64,000 bases of DNA, from the sequence record OV876907, one strand, 5' to 3'. This document shows positions 21,671 through 30,419 of this stretch, one piece after another (the first letter of the stretch is position 1; every line of letters begins with the position of its first letter). Both the position numbers and the translations under genes were made by a program. The notes below the pieces were generated by a model that was not told the DNA's origin, did not search any database, and saw only the letters and a program-made list of their open reading frames with translations. This DNA is from Escherichia phage UGJNEcP3.

Positions 21671-22951
21671 ATGGCTAAAATTAACGACCTTTTAAAAGAG
21701 TCGACCATTACTTCGAGTTCTTCGATTGGTCGTCCAAATTTAGTAGCTTTAACCAGAGCTACGACCAAACTGGTTTATACCGACCTTGTAGCTCAGCAGC
21801 GTACTAACCAACCTTTGGCTGCTCTATATGGTATCAAATATCTTACAGAAAAAGACGAATTATCTTTCCAGACGGGTGCTACTTATTCCGGCGCAGTATC
21901 CGCTAAAGACCGTGCCACTATCCCAGTTTTCACTGCAGGTGCTGTTTATGCTAAAGATGATTTGTTCCAATTTGAAAACGTAGTTTATAAAGCTTTGGTA
22001 GCAACCCCATTTGCCGGTGCTACTGGTGATGAATACGAACAACTTCAAGAAGCTATTGTTAAGTTGACTATCCGTATTATGTCCGAAGCCGCACTGACTG
22101 AGCGTTTTGAAGGCCCTCAGGATGTAGATATTTCTGAAGCTAAATTCATCGTTAATAAATGGAACGCTCCGGTTAAATCCCGTAAGTTGAAGAGTACTGT
22201 TACCGTAGAACTGGCTCAAGACCTCGAAGCAAATGGTTTCGATGCCCCTAATTTCTTAGAAGACCTCCTGGCTACTGAAATGGCTGATGAAATCAACAAA
22301 GATATTCTTCAGTCCCTGGTTACGGTTTCTAAGCGTTATAAAGTTGAAGGTTTGTGTGATGATGGCTTAATTGACCTGAGTTATGCTAACTCACCGGAAG
22401 CTTCTCGCAAGCTTTATGAATTGGTGTGTGAAATGGTTTCTCATATCCAGCGCGCAACCTCTTATACGGCAACTTATGTAGTAGCGAGTACTCGTGTAGC
22501 TGCTGTTCTGGCTGGTTCCGGATGGTTAAGACATACCCCACAGAACGACAAATATCTTTCTGCAAGTGCATACGGATTCCTGGAAAATGGTTTGCCTCTG
22601 TATTGTGATACTAACACGCCGATTGATTATGTTACTGTAGGGGTTAAAGAGGAATTTGGTGGGAAGGAAGCGGTAGGTTCTCTGTTCTATGCACCTTATA
22701 CCGAAGGCCTTGATTTGGCTGACCCTGAACATGTGGGTACGTTTAAAGTGGTCGTTGACCCGGAAAGTTTACAACCTTCCATTGCATTAATGGTTCGTTA
22801 TGCATTGGCTGCCAACCCGTATACAGTTACTGCCGATGATAAACAAGCCCGTATTATTGATGCAACTAATATGGATTTGATGGCGGGACGTTCTGATATG
22901 TCTGTATTGCTTGGTGTGAAACTTCCTAAAGTTTTGACTGAATTAAATTAA
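21671..22951 (+). CDS. 24: capsid vertex protein gp24
   Basis: ORF track; TATAAATA at 21634-21641; size and position as T4 gene 24. Confidence 0.9.
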   Translation: MAKINDLLKESTITSSSSIGRPNLVALTRATTKLVYTDLVAQQRTNQPLAALYGIKYLTEKDELSFQTGATYSGAVSAKDRATIPVFTAGAVYAKDDLFQFENVVYKALVATPFAGATGDEYEQLQEAIVKLTIRIMSEAALTERFEGPQDVDISEAKFIVNKWNAPVKSRKLKSTVTVELAQDLEANGFDAPNFLEDLLATEMADEINKDILQSLVTVSKRYKVEGLCDDGLIDLSYANSPEASRKLYELVCEMVSHIQRATSYTATYVVASTRVAAVLAGSGWLRHTPQNDKYLSASAYGFLENGLPLYCDTNTPIDYVTVGVKEEFGGKEAVGSLFYAPYTEGLDLADPEHVGTFKVVVDPESLQPSIALMVRYALAANPYTVTADDKQARIIDATNMDLMAGRSDMSVLLGVKLPKVLTELN

Positions 22952-22952
22952 C

Positions 22953-22979
22953 AAAAAGGGACCTCACGGTCCCTTTTTT
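22953..22979. terminator. bidirectional intrinsic terminator between gene 24 and rnlB
   Basis: AAAAA-GGGACC-TCAC-GGTCCC-TTTTTT; A-run and T-run on either side. Confidence 0.75.
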
Positions 22980-22982
22980 CAT

Positions 22983-23990
22983 TTATTTGGATACTAGTTC
23001 AATCCATACTGCTCGTAAGGTATCTTTTACGCACTCAACGAGCTGCTTTTTAACTTCAACAGGATTTTCCGCATCAGTTAATTCTAATTCTTCACGGGCA
23101 GCTTCTTCTAAGATATCTTGGACGGTCAAGCCCATTACCTTTCCAAAATCCTTCGGCGTTACTTCACCAATCTTACTGATAACATTGTTAATACGGTTAA
23201 CAGTCACATAATCAGTGAATTGCCACATCAAGTCCATATCATCTTGGGATAAAACCACTGCAACTTTAATAGGCTTATCAGACTTTTTCTTCTCGCTGAA
23301 TTTAGAGTTCTTACATTTAATTGCTACACGATTTCCATTAGGAAGCCAGATCGGAACATCAGGTTTAAGTACAAAGCCTTCAGCCGTAAATACTTTACCT
23401 TCTACCTTAGGAATAAAGTCTGTAGAGTTTGCAATAGTTAAGCCAGCGTTATCTACTGCAAAATTATAATCAGGAACAACAGAATCAAAATCATTAGGAA
23501 GTTTAATAAGGTCTTCAAAGCTACCAGTAGCCAAACATGGCGCAACCTTAAACTTATGGATAATGCAAAAAGCTTCCATCAACGTATCAGTCAGAACAGA
23601 TTCAGTGCCATCTTCCTTAGTAACTCGGATATCGAACACATAAAAGTCTTTATCACCGTAGTCCACATTCTTCTGGATACCTGTCCCAGCGAATTCGCCA
23701 TAAATCTGGTATGACCGGTAATTAATCGATTCAATTAGATGTTGAACGGATTTAATAGAATCAGCATAGTTCTTAAGTACAATTTCATAACCATAGAAAT
23801 CTTCAGCAGGGAGGATAGGGCCAGTGCGCTTGGCGCATGTGACGCAGTCACGTTCTATGATTAAACTAAAGTTGGTTCCATGAATCTTCTCACGTGCTAC
23901 CCATTCACCGCCAGTCAAACCATTAGTACGGAGTTTTTCGATAAACTTACTGTTGTAGTGGTTTTCGAGACTGCTATATTTCTTGAACAT
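22983..23990 (-). CDS. rnlB: RNA ligase 2 (RnlB)
   Basis: ORF track; [21 protein letters not shown]-terminus and nucleotidyltransferase motif EKIHG as in T4 Rnl2; convergent terminator shared with gene 24. Confidence 0.9.
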   Translation of the reverse strand: MFKKYSSLENHYNSKFIEKLRTNGLTGGEWVAREKIHGTNFSLIIERDCVTCAKRTGPILPAEDFYGYEIVLKNYADSIKSVQHLIESINYRSYQIYGEFAGTGIQKNVDYGDKDFYVFDIRVTKEDGTESVLTDTLMEAFCIIHKFKVAPCLATGSFEDLIKLPNDFDSVVPDYNFAVDNAGLTIANSTDFIPKVEGKVFTAEGFVLKPDVPIWLPNGNRVAIKCKNSKFSEKKKSDKPIKVAVVLSQDDMDLMWQFTDYVTVNRINNVISKIGEVTPKDFGKVMGLTVQDILEEAAREELELTDAENPVEVKKQLVECVKDTLRAVWIELVSK

Positions 23991-24104
23991 AAATCACCAT
24001 AATAAATATAATTAAATAGAAGAGCTAGTAGTCTTCTGTCACCAAGCCAAATGGTTTAACGGAAGGACCTAGACCCATTATAACACATCTAAATTTAAAG
24101 CATA

Positions 24105-24314
24105 TTACTTTGAACCAGAATGCTCTTTGCGCCGAACCTTGTTGTTCAATCTTTTACGATAAACAACCTTTTCTTTCGCTTTAAATTTGACCTTGGCTTG
24201 TTCTACATCAACCCATGCTTTGGCCATGTCCTTAGCGGTCCCGCCCATTTTTTTAGCAATTTCTATAAAATTCAACCCAGATTCGTGTAAAAAATGTACT
24301 TTAACCTTATCCAT
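24105..24314 (-). CDS. small helix-turn-helix protein, hypothetical
   Basis: ORF track; HTH-like segment GLNFIEIAKKMGGTAKDMAKAW then basic tail, resembling IS-family HTH proteins by eye. Confidence 0.5.
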   Translation of the reverse strand: MDKVKVHFLHESGLNFIEIAKKMGGTAKDMAKAWVDVEQAKVKFKAKEKVVYRKRLNNKVRRKEHSGSK

Positions 24315-24401
24315 AACAATTCTCTCGTTGAGTTGGTAAAACCCATCTTAACATAGAATTTTTAACTTGTAAACAGGAATTTTTGTACTTTAATGCAAAA
24401 T

Positions 24402-24415
24402 GGGCCTTGCGGCCC
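24402..24415 (-). terminator. hairpin terminator downstream of hoc
   Basis: Minus strand GGGCC-GCAA-GGCCC then ATTTTG; same 14-mer as the hairpin after gene 8. Confidence 0.45.
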
Positions 24416-24419
24416 GTAA

Positions 24420-25268
24420 TTAATAAACGTAATCGTATATAATACCAGCTTCTAAAGCGGTGCGATGAATAATTCGACCATTACGAGATTCTTGTACATC
24501 AACCTCTGGATAGTCGGTAATCATTTTTTGAAGTGTGTATCGGTGCAAATAATACGGGCTATCTGGGTCATCGGTTTTCCAGTCTTGCCCTGCAAGAGTC
24601 ATTTTCTGAATTTCATCCATAACCCACCAACCACACCAGATATAAGCTGAATTACGTACTGGCAATGGGTGTACATAAGGCAGTTCACCATCAGGGGTAG
24701 GTGCTACTTTAGCCGTGACTGTTACATTACCGGGTTTTGTGACAGTCGTGGGGTTATAATCAGTCGCTGAAACCACAACAGAAACTTCAATTACCTGGGA
24801 ACCTTCGGTGCTTGTATCGATTGCTAAAGTATCCGTGGTGCCAACTACAGGAGAACCGTCTTTCTTCCAAGAATAGGCAAAAGTAGCTCCACTCGGTGCG
24901 CCGACTACATCCGCTTTAAAAGAAGCTGGAGTGCCTTCCGGAACATTAATTGATTCTGGGGTTAATGTAACAGAAACACCAGACATTGTTTTATTCTGGA
25001 TAGTTAAAGTCGTCTCAGCTTCAGCAGTTTCCGGTTCGCCGTCCGCTGGTGTAGTTGTTGCAACAACTTTAATGGTCTTGCTGCCTGCTGGACCAACAGC
25101 AACATAATCCATTGCAGCAGTCACAGAAGATTGAGGAACACCATCAACGGTCCAGACAAATGATTCGGTACCTTCAGCTGCAGAACCGGAACCGGTCGCA
25201 GTGAAATTGGTTGTTGCTCCAATAACGGCCGTAGCCGCCAAAGGAGAAATATCTACGGTATAAGCCAT
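24420..25268 (-). CDS. hoc: outer capsid decoration protein Hoc
   Basis: ORF track; Thr/Val-rich Ig-like repeats plus C-terminal capsid-binding-like segment (YVHPLPVRNSAYIWCGWW); position next to inh; shorter than T4 Hoc as I recall it. Confidence 0.8.
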   Translation of the reverse strand: MAYTVDISPLAATAVIGATTNFTATGSGSAAEGTESFVWTVDGVPQSSVTAAMDYVAVGPAGSKTIKVVATTTPADGEPETAEAETTLTIQNKTMSGVSVTLTPESINVPEGTPASFKADVVGAPSGATFAYSWKKDGSPVVGTTDTLAIDTSTEGSQVIEVSVVVSATDYNPTTVTKPGNVTVTAKVAPTPDGELPYVHPLPVRNSAYIWCGWWVMDEIQKMTLAGQDWKTDDPDSPYYLHRYTLQKMITDYPEVDVQESRNGRIIHRTALEAGIIYDYVY

Positions 25269-25277
25269 AATAAACCC

Positions 25278-25949
25278 TTATTTTAAAGTGACAAAAGATG
25301 AGTTACGAGTTTCTCGTACTAGAACAGACCCATTACGATTGATGTAATAAATCAAACTGAATAGAGTTTGGTGCGCAGTGGGATGTGGGAAAGCAGTTGG
25401 ACGTTCTTTCCAATCTGGAGTCTCGGCAATCCACTGATAAATCCACCAAGGAACGGTGCAATAACCTGGGTTCTTACCGATAAGCAAAAGATTAGGACTG
25501 AAGTTTTCAGATAAAGAGAATACAGGTTTTTCAGATTCGATAACCTTGGTTACAGCCTCTTTGAATTTCTCTTCGTCAAATGGAACATCCTCTTCAATAA
25601 TCTCTACCTTAGGAAGTTCGGCTACCTCTATTACTTCAACAACTGCCTCAGGGGCATCGAACAACAGGGTTGCTTCTTCTTTAGCTGGTTCTACACCTTC
25701 GATAAAATCGTTATCACCGGTGAGTTCGTCAGCAGCATCAATCAAATCAGAAATAGACAAACCTTCAGTTTCTGGGAGTGGTTCGTCAGCCAAGGCTTTA
25801 AGGCCCTCAGAGATATCGATAATCAAATTATCAAACGAACGGGTTTTCTTAAGTTTTAAACCGAACTGTTCGCCGTATTCGATTAACTTAGCTTTAGCTT
25901 CTTTTTTATCTTCGAGTGCACGAAGCTCTTCAATATATTGAGTATCCAT
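25278..25949 (-). CDS. inh: prohead protease inhibitor Inh
   Basis: ORF track; acidic protein at the T4 inh position between hoc and uvsW; minus-strand TATAAATA upstream. Confidence 0.7.
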   Translation of the reverse strand: MDTQYIEELRALEDKKEAKAKLIEYGEQFGLKLKKTRSFDNLIIDISEGLKALADEPLPETEGLSISDLIDAADELTGDNDFIEGVEPAKEEATLLFDAPEAVVEVIEVAELPKVEIIEEDVPFDEEKFKEAVTKVIESEKPVFSLSENFSPNLLLIGKNPGYCTVPWWIYQWIAETPDWKERPTAFPHPTAHQTLFSLIYYINRNGSVLVRETRNSSFVTLK

Positions 25950-25968
25950 AATTAGTCTCTTGTTGGTG

Positions 25969-25990
25969 TATAAATATAACTATATTTATA
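25969..25990. promoter_or_regulatory. divergent late promoters: TATAAATA for uvsW (plus) and for inh (minus)
   Basis: TATAAATA at 25969-25976 (plus) and its reverse complement at 25983-25990, each about 30 nt from its ATG. Confidence 0.55.
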
Positions 25991-26004
25991 ACTGAGAATT
26001 ACTT

Positions 26005-27501
26005 ATGCAAATTCAAGTACATTTTGATAATTTTAGTCATGTCCGTATTGAATGCGATGAATCCACATTCTACGAACTCAGAGACTATTTTAGCTTTGAA
26101 GCTGATGGATATAAATTCAACCCTAAATTTCGTTATGGGCAATGGGATGGACGTATTCGTCTTCTAGATTATAATCGTAAACTTCCTTATGGATTGGTTC
26201 CTCAAATTAAAAAGTTCGCTGAACAATTTGAATACTCTCTGTGGATTGACCCACGTATTCTTGAACAGGAAGATATTTCTCGTGAGGATTTTGACTCATG
26301 GGTGGCTTCTCAAGAAATTTATTCAGGGTCTACCAAGATTGAGCCTCATTGGTATCAGAATGAAGCCGTATACAACGGCCTGACAAAACGTCGTGCAATT
26401 CTGAATTTGCCTACATCCGCAGGTAAATCATTGATTCAGGCACTCCTAAGTCGATATTACGTTGAGAACTACGAAGGTAAAATCCTTATATTAGTTCCTA
26501 CTACTGCACTTGTCGACCAGATGATTAATGACTTCATCGATTATCGATTGTTCCCTAAAGCAGCAATGCTTGGTATTCGTTCAGGTACTGCTCGTGATTC
26601 GGATGCAATGATTTATGTTTCAACCTACCAAACGGCAATTAAACAACCTAAAGAATGGTTTGCTCAGTTCGGTATGTTTATGAACGACGAATGCCATTTG
26701 GCTACAGGTAAATCTATTTCTACTATCATCGAAGGCCTAACCAACTGTATGTTTAAATTCGGTTTGTCTGGTTCTTTAAAAGATGGTAAAGCTAATTTAA
26801 TGCAATATATGGGTTTGTTTGGTGATGTGTTTAAGCCAGTATCCACCTCCCAGTTAATGGAAGAAGGACAGGTTACTGACCTTAAAATCAACAGTATCTT
26901 CCTTCGATACCCAGACGAATTCACGGTTAAGATGAAAGGTAAAGATTACCAATCAGAAATAAAGGTCATTACTAAGGCTACTCGCCGTAATAAATGGGTT
27001 GCTAATTTAGCTGTTAAACTCGCTAAGAAAGAAGAGAACGTATTCCTGATGTTTAAAAACATCGAGCACGGTAAAACTCTTTTTGAAATGGTTAAAGAGC
27101 AACATAAAGAAGTTTATTACGTATCAGGTGAAGTTAATACCGAAACGCGTAATGCTCTGAAAGTAATGGCGGAAAATGGTAAGGGTATTATTGTTGTGGC
27201 AAGTTATGGTGTGTTCTCTACTGGTATTTCCGTTAAGAACCTTCACCACGTTGTATTTGCTCACGGCGTAAAATCTAAAATCATTGTTCTGCAAACAATT
27301 GGGCGTGTACTCCGTAAGCATGACAGCAAACAGGTGGCCCAAGTCTGGGACCTCGTGGATGATATGGGAGTCCGCCCTAAATCTAAAGATTCTAAAAAGA
27401 AATATGTTCATTTAAATTATTGTCTGAAACACGGATTGGAACGTATTCAACGGTACGCAGACGAGAAATTTAATTATGTCATGAAAGAGGTACAGCTTTG
27501 A
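26005..27501 (+). CDS. uvsW: UvsW DNA/RNA helicase
   Basis: ORF track; helicase motifs PTSAGKS and DECH; TATAAATA at 25969-25976. Confidence 0.9.
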   Translation: MQIQVHFDNFSHVRIECDESTFYELRDYFSFEADGYKFNPKFRYGQWDGRIRLLDYNRKLPYGLVPQIKKFAEQFEYSLWIDPRILEQEDISREDFDSWVASQEIYSGSTKIEPHWYQNEAVYNGLTKRRAILNLPTSAGKSLIQALLSRYYVENYEGKILILVPTTALVDQMINDFIDYRLFPKAAMLGIRSGTARDSDAMIYVSTYQTAIKQPKEWFAQFGMFMNDECHLATGKSISTIIEGLTNCMFKFGLSGSLKDGKANLMQYMGLFGDVFKPVSTSQLMEEGQVTDLKINSIFLRYPDEFTVKMKGKDYQSEIKVITKATRRNKWVANLAVKLAKKEENVFLMFKNIEHGKTLFEMVKEQHKEVYYVSGEVNTETRNALKVMAENGKGIIVVASYGVFSTGISVKNLHHVVFAHGVKSKIIVLQTIGRVLRKHDSKQVAQVWDLVDDMGVRPKSKDSKKKYVHLNYCLKHGLERIQRYADEKFNYVMKEVQL

Positions 27502-28280
27502 ATTATCAGAAAATTTACGATGATTTAATAGAGAATGCTAGGTCCAGAGGATGGACCAAAGCTACTGCACCCTGTAAAATCGAAATTCATCATATTATTC
27601 CTAAGTCGATAGGTGGTTCCGATGACCCTAACAATTTAGTTGCATTGACTATTAGGGAACATATTTTGGGTCATATAATCTTGGCTAAAGCTCAAGGTGG
27701 AAAATTATGGCGTGCTGCATTTGGTATGACATGCGGTAAAAGATTAAATGAGATAAGCTCTAGGTCTATTTCCATTTTAAAAGAAAATGCTTCTAGATTA
27801 ATAAGCGAAGCCATGATTGGTAATACAAACGGCTCTTATGAATGGACCGATGAACGGAGAGAAATACACCGAAAAGCTATGGCTAAAGTTGGATTAACAG
27901 AAGCCAAATTAAAAGCTTTAGAAAAGGCTTGGACCAAAAATAAAGGTTCCAAGCAATCCAAAGAGACCATAGCCAAAAGGTCCAAAGCAATGAAAGGATT
28001 TACCCCTGTTAAAGCCGGAGATTATGAAACGTGTTCAAAAGCTGGCAAAGCCAATAAAGGTGTAAAGAAATCATTTAGGACTGAGGACCATTCTAAAAAT
28101 TGGCAAGCTACTTTGGCTAAGAAATATCCACACTGGTTAATGTACGATGAGCTTAAAGAGCTTTGGATAAATACAGGAAAGCTTAAAGTTGGTAAATTTA
28201 CAAAAGAAGCCATTAAAGCTGGTTATCCTAATGTGCATTACGGTAAAATGGTTACCAAATTTTTCGAGGAAATATTATGA
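27498..28280 (+). CDS. free-standing HNH endonuclease (putative homing endonuclease) inserted between uvsW and uvsW.1
   Basis: Classic HNH motif EIHHIIPKSIGGSDDPNNLVALTIREH; no in-frame ATG near 5' end, so TTG 27498 after GAGG is the likely start, overlapping uvsW stop. Confidence 0.7.
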   Translation: MNYQKIYDDLIENARSRGWTKATAPCKIEIHHIIPKSIGGSDDPNNLVALTIREHILGHIILAKAQGGKLWRAAFGMTCGKRLNEISSRSISILKENASRLISEAMIGNTNGSYEWTDERREIHRKAMAKVGLTEAKLKALEKAWTKNKGSKQSKETIAKRSKAMKGFTPVKAGDYETCSKAGKANKGVKKSFRTEDHSKNWQATLAKKYPHWLMYDELKELWINTGKLKVGKFTKEAIKAGYPNVHYGKMVTKFFEEIL

Positions 28281-28504
28281 AAACCTTTAAAGAAGTTATT
28301 CAAGAAGCATCTATTGAAAGCTTCATGGCTAAAATTGGTTCTTGTCAGACTATGGATGGTCTGAAGGAATTGGAAAAGTATTACAAAACTCGTAGTAAGG
28401 AAGCTGAACTTCGTGATTCGGACGATATTAGCGTGCGTGATGCATTGGCTGGTAAGAGAGCTGAATTGGAGTCGATGGACGACGAGGAAGAGGAAGATTT
28501 CTAA
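28277..28504 (+). CDS. uvsW.1: UvsW.1 small acidic protein
   Basis: ORF track; 75 aa with acidic DDEEEEDF tail; ATGA overlap with upstream stop. Confidence 0.75.
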   Translation: MKTFKEVIQEASIESFMAKIGSCQTMDGLKELEKYYKTRSKEAELRDSDDISVRDALAGKRAELESMDDEEEEDF

Positions 28505-28505
28505 A

Positions 28506-28534
28506 CAAAAAAGGCCCAACCTTTCGGAAGGGCC
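28506..28534 (-). terminator. terminator at the end of the uvsY-side minus-strand unit
   Basis: Minus-strand GC stem with internal loop followed by TTTTTTG; lies between uvsW.1 stop and the small minus-strand ORF. Confidence 0.5.
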
Positions 28535-28563
28535 AATAACCATAAATGGCTATACACACTAGA

Positions 28564-28731
28564 CTAAAGTAGTAATTGGGTTTCGTTCAGCTGTTCTTCA
28601 GTGTTTTCCGTAACCGGCAAGCTTTGAACGTAATTATAACATGAGCCCGGATGAACCGGACCTTTTTCTGTTTCAACAACCAATGCAGCATCGATTGGAG
28701 TTTTACAGACAACACAAATCTTATCTGACAT
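28564..28731 (-). CDS. small CxxC protein (about 55 aa), hypothetical
   Basis: Below ORF-track cutoff; hand translation MSDKICVVCKTPIDAALVVETEKGPVHPGSCYNY...; AAGGAG RBS 6 nt upstream; terminator follows; coordinates approximate. Confidence 0.45.
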   Translation of the reverse strand: MSDKICVVCKTPIDAALVVETEKGPVHPGSCYNYVQSLPVTENTEEQLNETQLLL

Positions 28732-28759
28732 GATTGTCTCCTTAGTTTAACTTACATAT

Positions 28760-28864
28760 CTATTTATTACTTGCTAAAGCGGCATTAATGAATTCTTGGA
28801 GTTTGTCCATCCGATCTTTAGATGGTTTAGGGCATTTATTGATGACTGGTTTACGATAACTCAT
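28760..28864 (-). CDS. very small ORF (about 34 aa), hypothetical
   Basis: Hand translation MSYRKPVINKCPKPSKDRMDKLQEFINAALASNK; ATG overlaps uvsY stop (ATGA), AGGTGA RBS; coordinates approximate. Confidence 0.3.
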   Translation of the reverse strand: MSYRKPVINKCPKPSKDRMDKLQEFINAALASNK

Positions 28865-29298
28865 TTTTCACCTGCTTCAAATTTCCTGAGCTCCAACATA
28901 TTCTTTAGCGAGAACCCTCTAGCTTTTACTGCATCAAGTGCTGAACTACAAAAGTCTTGTAATAAAGCCCAATACTGAATTGATGTGTCGATTTTAATTA
29001 CACTAGAATCCGCAGCCATAACAGTCTTTAATTCAGACTTCTCGTACTGGTCCATACAAACCTCATCACCAGGCTCTCCACGTCCCGTGTAGAAATCTAA
29101 TCGCTTCTTAAGAGAGGTCTTTTTCTGGATTTCTAATCGCATTATCTCTTTCTTACAATTCGTATACAGCCTTAGCCATTTGCTGTGCAGCAAAACGTTG
29201 TTCTGTACTTCATACTGTAAACGAGTCCCATCAATCTTTAAATCCTCGTCTAATGCATCTTGGAATGATTCCAATTTATATTCAATCTCTTTACTCAT
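28861..29298 (-). CDS. uvsY: recombination mediator UvsY
   Basis: Internal ATG 29298 (MSKEIEYKL...) preceded by AGGAAA; collinear with T4 UvsY (TKLQYE, KSE.KTV); track start 29331 rejected. Confidence 0.85.
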   Translation of the reverse strand: MSKEIEYKLESFQDALDEDLKIDGTRLQYEVQNNVLLHSKWLRLYTNCKKEIMRLEIQKKTSLKKRLDFYTGRGEPGDEVCMDQYEKSELKTVMAADSSVIKIDTSIQYWALLQDFCSSALDAVKARGFSLKNMLELRKFEAGEK

Positions 29299-29316
29299 AG
29301 CACGTTTCCTGTTGAA

Positions 29317-29345
29317 TAACCATAGGACCATTATACACTATTAAT
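29317..29345 (-). promoter_or_regulatory. candidate promoter for uvsY (TATAAT -10 with TGCTG upstream)
   Basis: On minus strand: TTGCTG, about 15 nt, then TATAAT, about 20 nt upstream of uvsY ATG; reminiscent of T4 middle promoters; approximate. Confidence 0.3.
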
Positions 29346-29356
29346 TTGAACAGCAA

Positions 29357-29746
29357 TTAACCACTCTGTGAGAGCTGGATTCTAATTTGCTCTAATGTAT
29401 CTGGGTCATCAACTATACTAAACTGAACCGTTACTATAATCGAGTTATCATCGTACACAGGAGTGACACCTACAGCCAAGGCAGAGATTCGAGGCTCGAA
29501 GTTCCGCACTGCGGAAACTATATTACGCTTAATAGTATCCGTGATTAATGGAGTAATATTCTCAAACAATTGGTTACTGATGTCACAACCAAATTCAGGC
29601 ATAAAAGGGCGTGAACCTTTGCGAGTAGTAATAATGCCTAACAAACTATTTTTAACTGCACGAGCACCTGTAGCTTTAGCGACGTCTCTATTCCAAGACG
29701 TCCTCATTTCAGGGTCTAAATCTGAATACATTTTATTGATATTCAT
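29357..29746 (-). CDS. 25: baseplate wedge subunit gp25
   Basis: ORF track; TAATG overlap with gp26; size and position as T4 gene 25. Confidence 0.85.
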   Translation of the reverse strand: MNINKMYSDLDPEMRTSWNRDVAKATGARAVKNSLLGIITTRKGSRPFMPEFGCDISNQLFENITPLITDTIKRNIVSAVRNFEPRISALAVGVTPVYDDNSIIVTVQFSIVDDPDTLEQIRIQLSQSG

Positions 29747-30369
29747 TACATCACCTTAAAGAACTCTTTAAGTCCCTCAATAACGTGGACGGTATGTTCA
29801 CCACATTCACAAGAAATAGGTATAGCCAAAATAGGCTTAGGGGCAACTAGTGCATCATAAACTTCTTTTATGTCTTTTTCTGTTATCACAGAATAAAGGT
29901 CATCAAGTTCCGCATCGCTTAAATCGGAAAGAAAAAGCTTTTCGCCTGCAGAAGTTAAAATATAATCGATACACCCTGCGACCGTCATAGCTCTATTTTT
30001 ATCTTCAAAGAGTTTAGGATATCTGAAAATAATTTTAAAGTTGCCAAAGTCTTTAATAACATCCGGCTCTTTACCTAATGTTGCGCGAGTTAGTGTCATA
30101 GGAACAACCTGTGAGCGACCACAACTACAACTCCACTCACGTTCTATATTCACTTCAGCTAATGAATGGGCCCACAGGTTTATCACCAGGAGCTCAGATT
30201 CTTGCTTGTTTAAATCACGAGCATCTGTGCAATTCGAAATGAGTTCATTGATAAAGGACTCTATTCTGCCTTCTAATTTAGCTTGGAGCAAGTCCTTATA
30301 CTCTCTGAGGGTAAATGCTCTGCATTTTATGGTTTTGTTTTTAATTTTTACGTCAAAAGTATAATTCAT
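29746..30369 (-). CDS. 26: baseplate hub subunit gp26
   Basis: ORF track; AAGGAG RBS; divergent from gene 51 as in T4. Confidence 0.85.
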   Translation of the reverse strand: MNYTFDVKIKNKTIKCRAFTLREYKDLLQAKLEGRIESFINELISNCTDARDLNKQESELLVINLWAHSLAEVNIEREWSCSCGRSQVVPMTLTRATLGKEPDVIKDFGNFKIIFRYPKLFEDKNRAMTVAGCIDYILTSAGEKLFLSDLSDAELDDLYSVITEKDIKEVYDALVAPKPILAIPISCECGEHTVHVIEGLKEFFKVM

Positions 30370-30387
30370 TGTCTTCTCCTTTAAGCT

Positions 30388-30399
30388 TATTTATAAATA
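30388..30399. promoter_or_regulatory. palindromic divergent late promoter TATTTATAAATA (gene 26 minus, gene 51 plus)
   Basis: 12-bp palindrome holding overlapping TATAAATA boxes on both strands between divergent genes 26 and 51. Confidence 0.5.
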
Positions 30400-30419
30400 C
30401 ATCAATAAGAGGACACCCT

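Noticed and set aside
24345-24373. Early promoter upstream of the HTH gene
   Set aside because: A TGTAAAC (-35-like) match is present but no acceptable -10 at 16-18 nt spacing; left uncalled.
25546-25941. 131-aa plus-strand ORF antisense to inh
   Set aside because: Ser-rich low-complexity product overlapping inh on the opposite strand; the late promoter for uvsW lies downstream of it.
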